Shown here in pieces: positions 40,352 through 52,300 of a stretch of DNA of 64,000 bases. The stretch is from Rhodospirillaceae bacterium (GTDB lineage: Bacteria; Pseudomonadota; Alphaproteobacteria; MPNO01; UBA2964), in NCBI GenBank assembly GCA_002709075.1, contig PAPV01000013.1, positions 169,693 to 233,692 on the forward strand, read 5' to 3'. Each line of letters begins with the position of its first letter. Within the stretch, counting starts at the first letter, position 1. The position numbers and the translations under genes are program-made. A model generated the notes under the pieces. The model was not told the origin of the DNA and made no database searches. It saw nothing but the letters and a program-made list of their open reading frames with translations.

Positions 40352-42463
40352 TTACCCTGATCTTTTTTTATCTTTATTTGCGTTGGCAGCGCGTATTCTC
40401 GCTGCGAGACGTTTGGGACCAATTGGTGCTGTCTCTATAATCCCTAGATCTAAACCCTCGAGGCGTTTTATTTCATCGCGCAAACTAGCCGCTTCCTCAA
40501 ATTCTAGATTAGCGGCCGCCTCTCTCATTTGATCATTTAAACTTGCAATGTGAACTGATAGGTTATTTCCCGCCATACACGCATTACTATCTGTCTCTAT
40601 GTTTACTGTGAAATGATCATTTTCGTATACTGTACGCAATACGTCTCCGATTTCTTTTCGTACTGACTCAGGGGTTATTCCATGTATTTGATTATATGTA
40701 TGTTGTTTCTCTCTCCTACGATTCGTCTCGTTAATGGCATGATCAATTGATTTAGTAATCTTGTCTGAATATAAAATTACACGTCCCTCAACATTTCGAG
40801 CTGCCCGGCCAATTGTTTGTATAAGAGATGTTGACGATCGCAGAAACCCTTCTTTGTCCGCATCTAAAATTGCTACCAAAGCGCATTCAGGAATATCAAG
40901 ACCTTCTCGAAGAAGATTGATACCGATTAAGACGTCAAATGTACCCAGTCGCAGATTTCGAATAATTTCTATCCGCTCTAAAGTATCAATGTCTGAATGC
41001 AGATATCTAACCTTAATACCTGTTTCCTGCATGTACTCCGTCAGATCTTCAGCCATCTTTTTTGTTAATGTCGTAACCAAAACGCGTTGGGATTTTTCAG
41101 CGCATTTACGTGCTTCATACAATAAATCATCCACCTGTCCTTCAACAGGACGTAAAATACAAACAGGATCAGTCAAACCGGTTGGACGAATTACCTGTTC
41201 GATGAAAATTCCACCAGTTTGTTCAAGTTCCCATGGACCAGGGGTTGCTGATACAAAAATTGATTGCGGCCTCATTCTGTTCCATTCTTCGAATTTGAGT
41301 GGTCGATTATCGACACACGAAGGTAATCGAAACCCGAATTCTGATAGCGTAGTTTTTCGATTGTAATCCCCTCTGTACATGCCACCTAATTGAGGAACAG
41401 TGACGTGACTTTCGTCGACAATCAGGAGCGCATCATCAGGAAGATACTCAAATAGAGTTGGAGGTGGAAATCCTGGTGCTCTTCCAGTTAAGTAACGGGA
41501 ATAGTTTTCGATTCCGGCACAGTGTCCGGCGGTTTCCATCATCTCTATGTCAAAGACCGTTCGTTGCTCGAGTCTTTGCGCTTCAAGCAATTTGTTTTGT
41601 TTTTCGAGCTCATCGAGCCGCAATTTTAGTTCGATTTTTATTTGTTTAATTGCCTGCCGAAGTGTTGGTCTCGGCGTTACATAGTGGCTATTCGGATATA
41701 CTGTAATTTGTTTTAGGCTAGCAGAAGTTTTTCCAGTAAGTGGATCAAACTCCGAAATTGACTCAACTTCTTCACCAAAAAAAGATAATCTCCATGCTCT
41801 ATCTTCATAATGTACGGGGAAAACTTCGACTAAGTCCCCGCGCACTCTGAAAGTACCCCTAACAAAGTTTTGATCATTTCGGCGGTACTGCAATTCAACC
41901 AATCGACGCAAAAGGCTATCACGGTCAATAGTTTGCCCTTTCTCAATTCTTATGGTCATTTCAGAATAGGTTTCAACCGATCCTATACCGTATATGCATG
42001 ATACCGATGCTACAATTATTACATCGCGCCTTTCGAGTAGAGCGCGGGTAGCGGAATGCCGCATGCGATCGATTTGTTCATTTATAGACGCATCTTTCTC
42101 TATGTACGTGTCCGTTCGTGGTACGTAAGCTTCTGGTTGGTAATAATCGTAATAAGAAACAAAGTATTCAACGGCATTATTAGGGAAAAAAGTCTTCATT
42201 TCCCCATAGAGTTGAGCGGCAAGGGTTTTATTAGGTGCTAAGATTAATGCTGGTCTTCCAAGTTCTAAGATTGTGTGCGCTATTGTAAACGTTTTCCCTG
42301 ATCCGGTAACACCCAGTAAAACCTGATCTTTATCACCCTCGTTGAAACCGCTGATGATTTGTTTTATTGCTTGTGGTTGGTCCCCTGCTGGATCAAATTC
42401 TGAAGTCAAACTGAAGGAGGCTCGCTCTCCGGTTATGGGTCTTTCATTAATTACTATATTCAT
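40352..42463 (-). CDS. uvrB: Excinuclease ABC subunit B
   Basis: [10 protein letters not shown] Walker A, DESHVT helicase motif II, C-terminal UvrB/UvrC interaction coiled coil. Confidence 0.95.
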   Translation of the reverse strand: MNIVINERPITGERASFSLTSEFDPAGDQPQAIKQIISGFNEGDKDQVLLGVTGSGKTFTIAHTILELGRPALILAPNKTLAAQLYGEMKTFFPNNAVEYFVSYYDYYQPEAYVPRTDTYIEKDASINEQIDRMRHSATRALLERRDVIIVASVSCIYGIGSVETYSEMTIRIEKGQTIDRDSLLRRLVELQYRRNDQNFVRGTFRVRGDLVEVFPVHYEDRAWRLSFFGEEVESISEFDPLTGKTSASLKQITVYPNSHYVTPRPTLRQAIKQIKIELKLRLDELEKQNKLLEAQRLEQRTVFDIEMMETAGHCAGIENYSRYLTGRAPGFPPPTLFEYLPDDALLIVDESHVTVPQLGGMYRGDYNRKTTLSEFGFRLPSCVDNRPLKFEEWNRMRPQSIFVSATPGPWELEQTGGIFIEQVIRPTGLTDPVCILRPVEGQVDDLLYEARKCAEKSQRVLVTTLTKKMAEDLTEYMQETGIKVRYLHSDIDTLERIEIIRNLRLGTFDVLIGINLLREGLDIPECALVAILDADKEGFLRSSTSLIQTIGRAARNVEGRVILYSDKITKSIDHAINETNRRREKQHTYNQIHGITPESVRKEIGDVLRTVYENDHFTVNIETDSNACMAGNNLSVHIASLNDQMREAAANLEFEEAASLRDEIKRLEGLDLGIIETAPIGPKRLAARIRAANANKDKKRSG

Positions 42464-42750
42464 TTTTCAAGATAAAAGAGTGTGTTCAAATTAGGCGGAT
42501 TGCTAAATTATTACAATATTCAACATTTGAATAATACATGATACCGAATTTTACTTTTTAAAGAGTTAATATCCGAATAGTTAGGAGCAATGAATGAGTT
42601 AATTTATATAAAATAAGAACCTGTGTTTCTGACCTCCAATTGCTATTTGTATGACTAAAATATATTTATTTTTCTTACATATCCTGTTTAAGTTTCGCTA
42701 ATTGTTACTAATAAAAGAATGCAGAGCAAACCTTGGAATATAACCATTTT

Positions 42751-44244
42751 TTATTGGTTAGGATTTTCAGGAAATACTAACGATTTTATTGATACGGGAA
42801 CTGCCCCAGACCCCTTCAGTTCAGCGCCAATATCGATATATTGAAACTCATTCAATGTAATACCATCAATAGAGATTATAGGGCCAGTATAATTAATTTC
42901 ATAGCGCGCATGATTCCCAAATACCCTACCTATGTCTCCACTGCACACTAAAATCAATGGTTTTCCGTCAGTTAATACCTCTTGCATCCCTTTAATAACT
43001 CCCGAGATAAAAGATTCAATTCGACCATACACAGCAGATCCATTCCAATCAAAACATAGAGCAACGGGACAGTTTGTTGTGTTTAAACTAAAGGTGTTTA
43101 GTGTGTTAAGAATTGTAGAACAAATAGCATTTTGATCAATTTCGTCAGTTTCGAGCATAAAGTTAGGTGCTATTACAGGTATGTTTTTTTGTGGAAGTAT
43201 GTCAGCCGGATGAATGAAATTAGTTGTTCCTGATAAATTTATTTTGTATTGAGATAATCCCACCACTGTGGCCCGAATACTTTCCACTGGTTCCATAATA
43301 TTTAGATCATGGGCAACAGCCATTGACTTAATTGCGGATGCGAGTTTGGATCCAACATCTATGTTTTGCTGCGTGGAATAATCATAAATATATTCTGCGA
43401 CTCCTCCTGAAAAAGTAACAGCATCAATTGTTCCATTCCATTTGATTGGGGGTAGCCTGTGCAAGTTTTTTGTAAGTCTGGATAGCGGCTTCTGAAGTAT
43501 GATTTCAGTTAGAACAATCCCCATTTTTTTCGCTACCCTTTCAAGGGACTCATCTGTAATATTTGTTCCAAGAACTGGTTGTAATCCGATTTCTTCAAAA
43601 ATTAAGTCTGCATTTTTTTCTATCCTGCAGATACAGCCATTGTCGTTGATAGCGATAAGTCTTGCACCGATATCAACAGTTGTTAAATCGATGATCTCGC
43701 CGTTAGAACAAATAGCAATCTTGGTGGTGCCTCCTCCAATATCTACATTCATAATTGTAGCACCAGTTTCTCTCGAATTAATTATCGCTCCAGATCCATG
43801 CGCCGCCATAATGGCTTCAAGCCGATCACCTGCAGCTACCGATATAAAATTTCCAGTTTCTAAAGAAAATAGCTCACCCAGCATTTGAGCATTTTTTTTT
43901 TCTAAAGCTGTGCCAGTGAGAATCAGAGCGCCTGTGTCCACTTCACGAGGTGATAAATTGGCTGCTTTATACTGTTTTTCAAGAAAGTCGCGTAAAGCAA
44001 ACTCATCAATAATATCCCTGTCTGAGAAAGGCGTTAGGAGAATCTCAGACTCATAAAGCAAACTTCTTTTTGATACCACAAATTGATCGGATGACCGTTT
44101 CATTTCGATTTCGGAAAATACTATATGGCAAGTTGCAGACCCTATGTCTATTCCTACGCTAGTAAGAGTTGTTTGTTGTTCGTCTGCGATATTATGCCCT
44201 GCACCTGCAAAAATAATTCTTCCATTGTCACTTTGCTGTTCCAT
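42751..44244 (-). CDS. EutA-like ASKHA-family ATPase (ethanolamine ammonia-lyase reactivase homolog)
   Basis: SVGIDIGSATCHIVFS N-terminal actin-fold phosphate-1 motif, NVDIGGGTTK phosphate-2 motif, C-terminus VPVSIKSLVFPE. All colinear with E. coli EutA (SVGIDLGTTTTQVIFS / NIDIGGGTS / VPVTVKSLAFPS). Confidence 0.7.
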   Translation of the reverse strand: MEQQSDNGRIIFAGAGHNIADEQQTTLTSVGIDIGSATCHIVFSEIEMKRSSDQFVVSKRSLLYESEILLTPFSDRDIIDEFALRDFLEKQYKAANLSPREVDTGALILTGTALEKKNAQMLGELFSLETGNFISVAAGDRLEAIMAAHGSGAIINSRETGATIMNVDIGGGTTKIAICSNGEIIDLTTVDIGARLIAINDNGCICRIEKNADLIFEEIGLQPVLGTNITDESLERVAKKMGIVLTEIILQKPLSRLTKNLHRLPPIKWNGTIDAVTFSGGVAEYIYDYSTQQNIDVGSKLASAIKSMAVAHDLNIMEPVESIRATVVGLSQYKINLSGTTNFIHPADILPQKNIPVIAPNFMLETDEIDQNAICSTILNTLNTFSLNTTNCPVALCFDWNGSAVYGRIESFISGVIKGMQEVLTDGKPLILVCSGDIGRVFGNHARYEINYTGPIISIDGITLNEFQYIDIGAELKGSGAVPVSIKSLVFPENPNQ

Positions 44245-44247
44245 TTA

Positions 44248-45480
44248 CTATCCACCACTGGAGAAATTCCAAGTGGTATGCTTGTCGTAATATCTGTTTT
44301 CCATTTGATTTTTTGCTCCATTTTTGCTGCATGCTAATTCAAATTCCTCGCGTATGGCCGGATCCTCCATCCAATAAGGTATGGATGTGCCACCAGGTTT
44401 GTTTACCTCTAATACTCCCTCATCGCTCACAAATTCGCCTGGGACGCCGGCTTGCTGGACGCGATGATTATTTGGACCATACCAAGCTAAAATTCGGAGA
44501 GGTTTTTCGCTGCAATTAAAGTGCTGATGAAACCAGCGAATACGTCGGATTGGACAAGCAGAAATCATGCCAACTGCCTCGTACTCAAGTCTCATTACTT
44601 GATCAGCATCGCCATTTTGGCCTGGTGTTGGGCCTAAATCTTCCGGCCAAGTATTACAATAACCCTGACCAGCTATAGATAAAAATACAGCCGCTTCGCC
44701 AGGGTAATACGCTCGCGAATACCGACCTGGAGGATATTCGCTAATGTATTGGTAAAATTTGTTATTGGCCATTTTTGGCTCAATCCTTCGATACCCGGGG
44801 GTGCGGCGATTATCCTTGTAGAGTTCTGTGGAAAAGATATTTGGAATAATGTTTGTTCTCCGCATGGCAAGCCCTCTAGAACAATCTTCTTCAGACCCGC
44901 TAGCAGTCTTGAAACTCTTTTCATCAGGATTGAAGCGCTTTTGAAATAACAACGTGCTGTTGAAAATAATATCCTCATCATCAAACAAGTTGAATACGTT
45001 TGGAGCAGATGTGCCAGCGAGGAGCAGTGCAGGGGTATTTGATGAATTTACTATTTTATGCCTAGCGTTTAACGGAATTGCGAAAAGTGATCCTTTTTCC
45101 CACTCAAATAATTCTGGTTTCTTTTCTTCATTTATCCAAATTTCTGTCGTACCTCTACCTTCTAATACAAAGACAACTTTTTCATAAATATGACGCTCTG
45201 TTTTCAAAGCTCCTGCTTTTGGGACTTCAACTAAATAAGAGCCCCATAGACCTTCCGTCCCAAAAAGCTGGATAAAAGCCCCTCGTCCCCCCATGCGTTT
45301 CCAGTTTCCCAGTGCGACATTTTGTAAGCAGGGAATGGAAATATCCCGAACAATGGGAATTTCTTGTTCTGACATAAACGTATCATATGGGGTTGGGCGT
45401 CTCTGCCATGCGGGGCTTCCAGCATACAAATCGCCATTTGGTTCGTGCCAATGTGGGGCGCCTGCGATATCATGTGGCAT
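44248..45480 (-). CDS. Bicupin-domain protein of unknown function
   Basis: 410 aa; two cupin-like modules, second with HQH....E metal-binding-type motif; 4-nt spacing to the upstream EutA-like gene. Confidence 0.45.
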   Translation of the reverse strand: MPHDIAGAPHWHEPNGDLYAGSPAWQRRPTPYDTFMSEQEIPIVRDISIPCLQNVALGNWKRMGGRGAFIQLFGTEGLWGSYLVEVPKAGALKTERHIYEKVVFVLEGRGTTEIWINEEKKPELFEWEKGSLFAIPLNARHKIVNSSNTPALLLAGTSAPNVFNLFDDEDIIFNSTLLFQKRFNPDEKSFKTASGSEEDCSRGLAMRRTNIIPNIFSTELYKDNRRTPGYRRIEPKMANNKFYQYISEYPPGRYSRAYYPGEAAVFLSIAGQGYCNTWPEDLGPTPGQNGDADQVMRLEYEAVGMISACPIRRIRWFHQHFNCSEKPLRILAWYGPNNHRVQQAGVPGEFVSDEGVLEVNKPGGTSIPYWMEDPAIREEFELACSKNGAKNQMENRYYDKHTTWNFSSGG

Positions 45481-45854
45481 TGCAAATAGTTCCTGGTTTT
45501 ATACACAAGTTTATAAGAAAAAAAGTACACTGCAATTTTTTAAAAAAATAAAAAGTTAATTATCAATTTATTGAATCAAACATCTACGTAAGAAAAAAAC
45601 CCATGTGTTTATTCTGTACGTGTTAATTTCAAAGGAATTTATCCTTTTTTATTATGGTCAAATGAGCATACATGATAACTTATTTACGTCGATTTGTTTT
45701 TTTATGCATGCTTAAGAAAGTATTTGTTATTGTCATTGACCTATGTTTCGTAGAAAATATTGTAAAAAATTGAGGTGCTCCATTGGTAGCTATTTTTTCG
45801 AGTGATTAATGTAGTGATATTGAGACTGATTAAAAACGAAATCAAATATATTAA

Positions 45855-47075
<1,221 letters not shown>

Positions 47076-47308
47076 TATATTTGTTGACTAAGTAATATGC
47101 AAACTTCAGTAATTTTTTTTTAACCTCATCTAAAAGATTGATTTCGAATTTTGTATTATAAATTTGCAGGTGATTGTTTTTTTAAGAACTAGCCTCTATA
47201 TGTTTAAGTGTTAATGCGATTATAGGTTAAAAGCTTCCAAATTATTCACAAATTTTTGTTTTCTTATCCCAATAAACAATTTTTGGGTTATTACGATTAG
47301 CGTTTGGT

Positions 47309-48271
47309 ATGTTAATAAGGTCGAAAAGAGGTTGGGAATTACCTGAGTCAGATGCCACCGACGAAAGGATTTTCCACTCTCGAAGAAACTTAATTAAGGG
47401 TTTGGCATCCGGCGCTGTGCTTGCAGCGAGTATGCCTGTTTTCGGAAAAACAACCGAGAACGAAAATCTAAATTATTCTTTTTCAGTTCCCGTAAAAAAT
47501 AACAGATATAAATTAGATAGGGAACTAACGCCGCATAAACTCGCAACCACATATAATAATTTTTACGAATTTGGCTCACACAAACAAATTTCCGCAGATG
47601 CTCAGAAATTGAAGACGCATCCTTGGATGATTACAATCGATGGATTGGTCGAGGAAAAGATCAAAATAAATGCTCATGAGCTTTTTAAGCATTTTAATTT
47701 TGAGGAGAGAGTATATCGCTTCCGTTGCGTTGAAGCATGGTCTATGGCGTTACCTTGGATCGGGTTTCCGTTGGCGGAACTGGTTAAAATGGCTAAGCCT
47801 ACATCTGATGCGAAGTATTTGGTTATGCGAAGTTTTCAAGATCCAAAGATAGCAAGTGGCCAGCGACAATTTTGGTATCCTTGGCCTTATTTAGAAGCAC
47901 TGACCGTTGCAGAAGCTAAAAACGAGTTAGCGTTTATCGCTACCGGTGTTTATGGAAAACCCATACCTAATCAAATGGGGGCTCCATTACGATTGGTAGT
48001 ACCGTGGAAATATGGATTTAAATCCATAAAGTCGATTATAAGCTTTACTTTTACCAAGATAAGGCCAAAAACTTTTTGGGAAACAATACAACCTGCAGAG
48101 TACGGTTTTTGGGCTAATGTGAATCCTTTGGTGAGCCACCCACGTTGGAGCCAAAAAACTGAGAGACCACTTGGCAAGACTACAAGGATTAAAACCTTGT
48201 TGTATAATGGTTATGAGGAATATGTAGCTTATATGTATAAAAATCTTGTTACCGAAAATTTATTTCGTTGA
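47309..48271 (+). CDS. msrP: Protein-methionine-sulfoxide reductase catalytic subunit MsrP (YedY), molybdopterin-binding
   Basis: Twin-arginine signal (SRRNLIKGLASGAVLAA), RFRCVEAWSMALPWIGFPL and VPWKYGFKSIKSI motifs nearly identical to E. coli MsrP. Confidence 0.9.
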   Translation: MLIRSKRGWELPESDATDERIFHSRRNLIKGLASGAVLAASMPVFGKTTENENLNYSFSVPVKNNRYKLDRELTPHKLATTYNNFYEFGSHKQISADAQKLKTHPWMITIDGLVEEKIKINAHELFKHFNFEERVYRFRCVEAWSMALPWIGFPLAELVKMAKPTSDAKYLVMRSFQDPKIASGQRQFWYPWPYLEALTVAEAKNELAFIATGVYGKPIPNQMGAPLRLVVPWKYGFKSIKSIISFTFTKIRPKTFWETIQPAEYGFWANVNPLVSHPRWSQKTERPLGKTTRIKTLLYNGYEEYVAYMYKNLVTENLFR

Positions 48272-48282
48272 GATAAAAAAAA

Positions 48283-48304
48283 CCCGGGCATCAAGATGCC
48301 CGGG
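48283..48304. terminator. Bidirectional rho-independent terminator between convergent msrP and lysR
   Basis: Perfect 10-bp stem CCCGGGCATC-AA-GATGCCCGGG. A-run of 8 on the plus side gives a U8 tract for the minus-strand (trxB-lysR) transcript, and TTT follows on the plus side. Confidence 0.7.
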
Positions 48305-48537
48305 AGTTTAACAGGGAGGCTTTACGTCATAAGACGTAGGATCCGAAGACCCTTTTTCGAGTTACCTCGAAAACTAAAGGCGGTCAGTTCAAAACCCGTG
48401 AACCGCCTAATTCGCTAAACATTTATACTTTTTTTGTCGATTCACATCCAGATTAAATATCGAGAATCTGATATGCAAAAATTGCATATCACTAAATAAA
48501 CCTTTTTATTTCATGCCCTTATGAATACTTAGGAATC

Positions 48538-49431
48538 TTATCTTTTGTCCTCTTTTATGCGCCGCAAAAGGAAATCTCGTAATACAACAATTCTCCTTGA
48601 ATTGCGCATTTCTTCTGGATATACAAAATAAGCTTGGTACTGCGGTCCTTCGTGTTCTGGTAGAACTGGAACTAAACCACTCGTCATGTTTGCCATATAG
48701 TCTGGCAACGAAGCAATGCCCATGCCAGCGGCGCAGGCGCGAAAAATTCCGTATATATTATTGACTCGTAGAGCAGGATAATGCTCCTTGGAATTATTAC
48801 TAGCTGCATCTAGCAACCAATTAATGTTGGTTACGGTTGAATAGTAGGTTTCATCATAAGCAAGCAATTTGTGACCTTTTAGGTCCTCTAGTCGATGAGG
48901 CATACCCCAACGTTCCAAATAATCAGGTGCTGCATATGCTGCATGTTTCAGGGTAAAAAGTGGCCTCTGTATTAAATCCGGCTGTTCTGGCCTCTCCAGG
49001 CGGATAGCAACATCTGCTTGTCGCATCGATAGATTAAGTTGATCTTCACGAACAATTAAAGAAATCGCTATCTCCGGATACATTTCAACAAAGTCTTTGA
49101 GGCGCTCTGTCAGCCACATTGAGCCAAAGGCCACACTGGTTGTAATGCGTAAGGGGCCGCTCGGTCTATCAAGAGACTCTCCAATTGCGGCTTCAGCATC
49201 TCGGACACGAGTCGCTAGCTCCTGTGCTGTTTCATACAATGTCTCCCCTTGTTCAGTTAAAGCAAGACCTCGCGCATGTCTGTGAAACAAAGCAACACCT
49301 AGCGACTGTTCTAATGCACTTATTTGACGGCTTATTGATGACTGCGTTAAGCGGAGTCTCTCACTAGCGTGAGTGAAACTTCCTGCCTCAGCGACAGTAT
49401 GAAAAATCCTAAGCTTATCCCAGTTTAACAC
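48538..49431 (-). CDS. LysR family transcriptional regulator
   Basis: N-terminal HTH (FTHASERLRLTQSSISRQISALE) and LysR substrate-binding domain. Confidence 0.85.
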   Translation of the reverse strand: MLNWDKLRIFHTVAEAGSFTHASERLRLTQSSISRQISALEQSLGVALFHRHARGLALTEQGETLYETAQELATRVRDAEAAIGESLDRPSGPLRITTSVAFGSMWLTERLKDFVEMYPEIAISLIVREDQLNLSMRQADVAIRLERPEQPDLIQRPLFTLKHAAYAAPDYLERWGMPHRLEDLKGHKLLAYDETYYSTVTNINWLLDAASNNSKEHYPALRVNNIYGIFRACAAGMGIASLPDYMANMTSGLVPVLPEHEGPQYQAYFVYPEEMRNSRRIVVLRDFLLRRIKEDKR

Positions 49432-49441
49432 TGAAATTTAA

Positions 49442-50389
49442 CTACTTTGTTGGTTCAGAAAGATATTTTTCTACCTCTAGTGCAGCCATGCAGCCGGTGC
49501 CTGCTGCTGTTACTGCTTGGCGAAAGATCTTGTCTTGTACATCTCCCGCAGCAAAAACACCCGAAATATTTGTCGCAGTGCTATCTGGAGCAGTGATTAT
49601 GTATCCTTCTCTATCCATTGATATTTTGCCCGAGAAGATATCAGTGGATGGTGTGTGTCCTATGGCAATAAATAAGCCATGAACTGATAATTCATTTATT
49701 TCATTTGTCTTAACATTGCGTAATTTAATTGCTGTAACCCCTAGGGGGTTCTCATCACCAATAATTTCCTCCACCACACAGTCCCATATTGTCTGTATTT
49801 TTTCGTGTTCTAAAAGTCTTTGTTGCAGAATTTTTTCAGCTCTTAACTGACTCCTACGATGGATAAGTGTGACTTTATCCGCGTGGGTGGTAAGGTAAAG
49901 TGCTTCTTCCACCGCGGTATTTCCACCCCCGACTACAGCAACCTCTTTCCCACGATAAAAAAAACCGTCGCATGTTGCGCACGCGGAAACGCCGTATCCC
50001 TTGAATTTATCTTCTGATTCAAGACCCAACCATCGCGCCTTTGCTCCAGTTGCTACAATAACTGTATCAGCAGTAAAGGTATTACCTGAATCTGCGACTG
50101 CCGTGAACGGTTTTTTAGAAAAATCAATCGAGGTAATTAAGTCATTGAATATTTCTGTGCCGACGTGTTCCGCTTGCATCCGCATCTGCTCCATGAGCCA
50201 TGGTCCTTGTATCACGTCAGCAAATCCAGGAAAGTTTTCAACATCGGTAGTGATTGTCATCTGGCCTCCGGGTTCCATTCCGGATATTAACCTAGGTTGA
50301 AGGTTGGCTCGCGCCGTGTATATCGCTGCGGTGTAACCCGCCGCACCGGATCCGATAATGAGTACGGGTGAATGATATTTTTCGGTCAT
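49442..50389 (-). CDS. trxB: Thioredoxin-disulfide reductase
   Basis: GSGAAGYTAAIY FAD motif, redox CATCDG motif, GGGNTAVEEALYL NADPH motif. Confidence 0.95.
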   Translation of the reverse strand: MTEKYHSPVLIIGSGAAGYTAAIYTARANLQPRLISGMEPGGQMTITTDVENFPGFADVIQGPWLMEQMRMQAEHVGTEIFNDLITSIDFSKKPFTAVADSGNTFTADTVIVATGAKARWLGLESEDKFKGYGVSACATCDGFFYRGKEVAVVGGGNTAVEEALYLTTHADKVTLIHRRSQLRAEKILQQRLLEHEKIQTIWDCVVEEIIGDENPLGVTAIKLRNVKTNEINELSVHGLFIAIGHTPSTDIFSGKISMDREGYIITAPDSTATNISGVFAAGDVQDKIFRQAVTAAGTGCMAALEVEKYLSEPTK

Positions 50390-50404
50390 TTTTGCACCAG
50401 AGAG

Positions 50405-52300
50405 TTAAAATCCAAACATATGATCTAGACTGAAGGGGCCTTCCTCCGAGATCAGGCCGTGATAACCAAATAGGCGACAGCTTGTATCTCTTACAATTAT
50501 ATAAGATCCTGCGCCAGCTCGATCGAGGTCTTTATCTTTAAATAATTCGGAAATTCTTCTCAGCCGCGAGCCTCCACAGGGTATGCTTAATTTTACTTCC
50601 ACTATCTTTTTACCGTTTGGGTTTATCAGTGATAAGGAGGTATTGGAGTCATCATGCCATGGACTAGAAGCCGGATAGAGTAAATGGAGGAATGTGTCGA
50701 TTCCTGTTATGTCAACTCTCAGAAAAAGCCTAGTACTGAGCCCCGGCGGACGACTTGAGTAACTTTGCGGTTCATTCTTAAAGGTAAGGATAGTGTTAAA
50801 AATATGAGCGCCAAAGCTTGTTTCTGCTGTGTGACATGTTTCTTTATTTTCATATCGAAATAGGCCGTGAAGCCAGCCATCCACATCCGTGCCGTAAGTA
50901 AAATCATATATTAATTCTACGTGACCATATCTTTCATTGGTAAGAAAATTTGATGTCTCTAAAATTTCTTTATGACTGCGCGGTAATAATCCAAACTTAT
51001 GCGTAGCTATCTTATTGCCGTTGGGATCGAAAATAAGTGCTGCAATTGGAAGTTTGTTCTGCGCTGTAGACATTGGGGTAGGCAGTAAAGTAGAGCGCCA
51101 GACTCTTGCGGGTAAAATTGGAGCTGGCAGGATAAAACCTTTACCGACTAAATGTGTTAACTCCCTAATTTTAGGATCAGGTTTAAGATCAGCCCGTTCA
51201 ACATTTACATGGGCTATTCTTCGAACAGTTGGCCCCCCAGTTATCTCATATCTGGGCCTCACAAAATGCTTTCCAGCTTGTATTTCAATCTGCTGAGGCC
51301 ACATAGCGTTTGGCAACAAATCACCTATAGAGAGTGAGTAAGTTCCAAAGGATGGCACCTCCGTTTTAACTCTACAAATCTCAGCAGTACCCATTACATT
51401 TATGCCAATTTCGCCGGATGGAATACTGCACGGATGTGAGTTTTGTATCCAAAGTATTACGGTCTCACCTTTTCTTGGGGCAGGAAGTCCAGCATAAAAA
51501 TCTGATGGCCAAGCATTAGAATCGTGAGTGCAGGTTAAAAATTTTTGATTTTTACAGAAAATATCAAGAGCATATTTTACCACATCATGCCCCTGAACTC
51601 CCGAGAACTGAACGAACAACTGTCCAGTAAATTCCGGGAGGTTAAATCGCTCTCGAACTTTAGCGCTATCAATGGATATACTCATTCCAGCACCTTCAAT
51701 TTTTTCTGACCATTGGGCAATATTTTTACCTGCCTGATCGAATAGAATTAGATGTAACTTTACGTTTGTCGCACCGTAATTTGACCAGTAGTTGGCCGTA
51801 GTCAAACGTGTGGACATCCCGGATTCTTCTCGAAAGAAAGCGTAATTTGTTGCGAAATTTTCTTTGCTTAAATACGTTGATTTATTGGTTAACCAATTTT
51901 CGTCTACACGCATATCATCAAAACTTATAATATTGGCACCGTGCGGTATCAGGTGGTTTATGTGGTGTCTAAGTGGTTCTACGTCAAAGGCCGCAATAAA
52001 TATTGTTTTAGCGCCTGAATTTTGTAATTCCGTTACGGGTTCAGCAGATTGATTTGCAAGGAGAGATCCGATTCTTTCTATATCTTGAACGAAGGTGGCG
52101 ACAAATTTTACCGCACTGGTATTATAAAATTCAGAAAAACTTGAATATAATCCCAATGGGTCATAAAGAGCGGATGGTACTTCTTTTTCTAACTGCCTTA
52201 TAAGTTTTGAAGCTTTTTCTTTAACAGCAGGATGGCTAATTGCTTTATAGAAAATATTGCCGCCTTTTATATTACTAAAGGTTTGGATTTTGTGACCCAT
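50405..52300 (-). CDS. Hypothetical cytoplasmic protein (631 aa), no recognised domain
   Basis: Long ORF with uniform codon usage, no TM segments. TAATG stop/start overlap with the upstream 2OG-Fe(II) oxygenase-like gene implies translational coupling. Confidence 0.5.
   Translation of the reverse strand: MGHKIQTFSNIKGGNIFYKAISHPAVKEKASKLIRQLEKEVPSALYDPLGLYSSFSEFYNTSAVKFVATFVQDIERIGSLLANQSAEPVTELQNSGAKTIFIAAFDVEPLRHHINHLIPHGANIISFDDMRVDENWLTNKSTYLSKENFATNYAFFREESGMSTRLTTANYWSNYGATNVKLHLILFDQAGKNIAQWSEKIEGAGMSISIDSAKVRERFNLPEFTGQLFVQFSGVQGHDVVKYALDIFCKNQKFLTCTHDSNAWPSDFYAGLPAPRKGETVILWIQNSHPCSIPSGEIGINVMGTAEICRVKTEVPSFGTYSLSIGDLLPNAMWPQQIEIQAGKHFVRPRYEITGGPTVRRIAHVNVERADLKPDPKIRELTHLVGKGFILPAPILPARVWRSTLLPTPMSTAQNKLPIAALIFDPNGNKIATHKFGLLPRSHKEILETSNFLTNERYGHVELIYDFTYGTDVDGWLHGLFRYENKETCHTAETSFGAHIFNTILTFKNEPQSYSSRPPGLSTRLFLRVDITGIDTFLHLLYPASSPWHDDSNTSLSLINPNGKKIVEVKLSIPCGGSRLRRISELFKDKDLDRAGAGSYIIVRDTSCRLFGYHGLISEEGPFSLDHMFGF

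Noticed and set aside
40761-41366. 201-aa plus-strand ORF inside uvrB
   Set aside because: Antisense shadow ORF of uvrB
42464-42750. Alphaproteobacterial LexA box (GTTC-N7-GTTC) upstream of uvrB
   Set aside because: Only a single GTTC half-site (gtgttcaaattag) is present, with no second half at the 7-nt spacing. A TATTCAA-catt-TGAATA palindrome exists but does not match the known SOS box.
48380-48412. tRNA-like T-arm (cagttcaaaacccgtgaacc) in the msrP/lysR spacer
   Set aside because: No acceptor stem, D-arm or anticodon arm can be built around it; more simply explained as a terminator hairpin GGCGGT...ACCGCC
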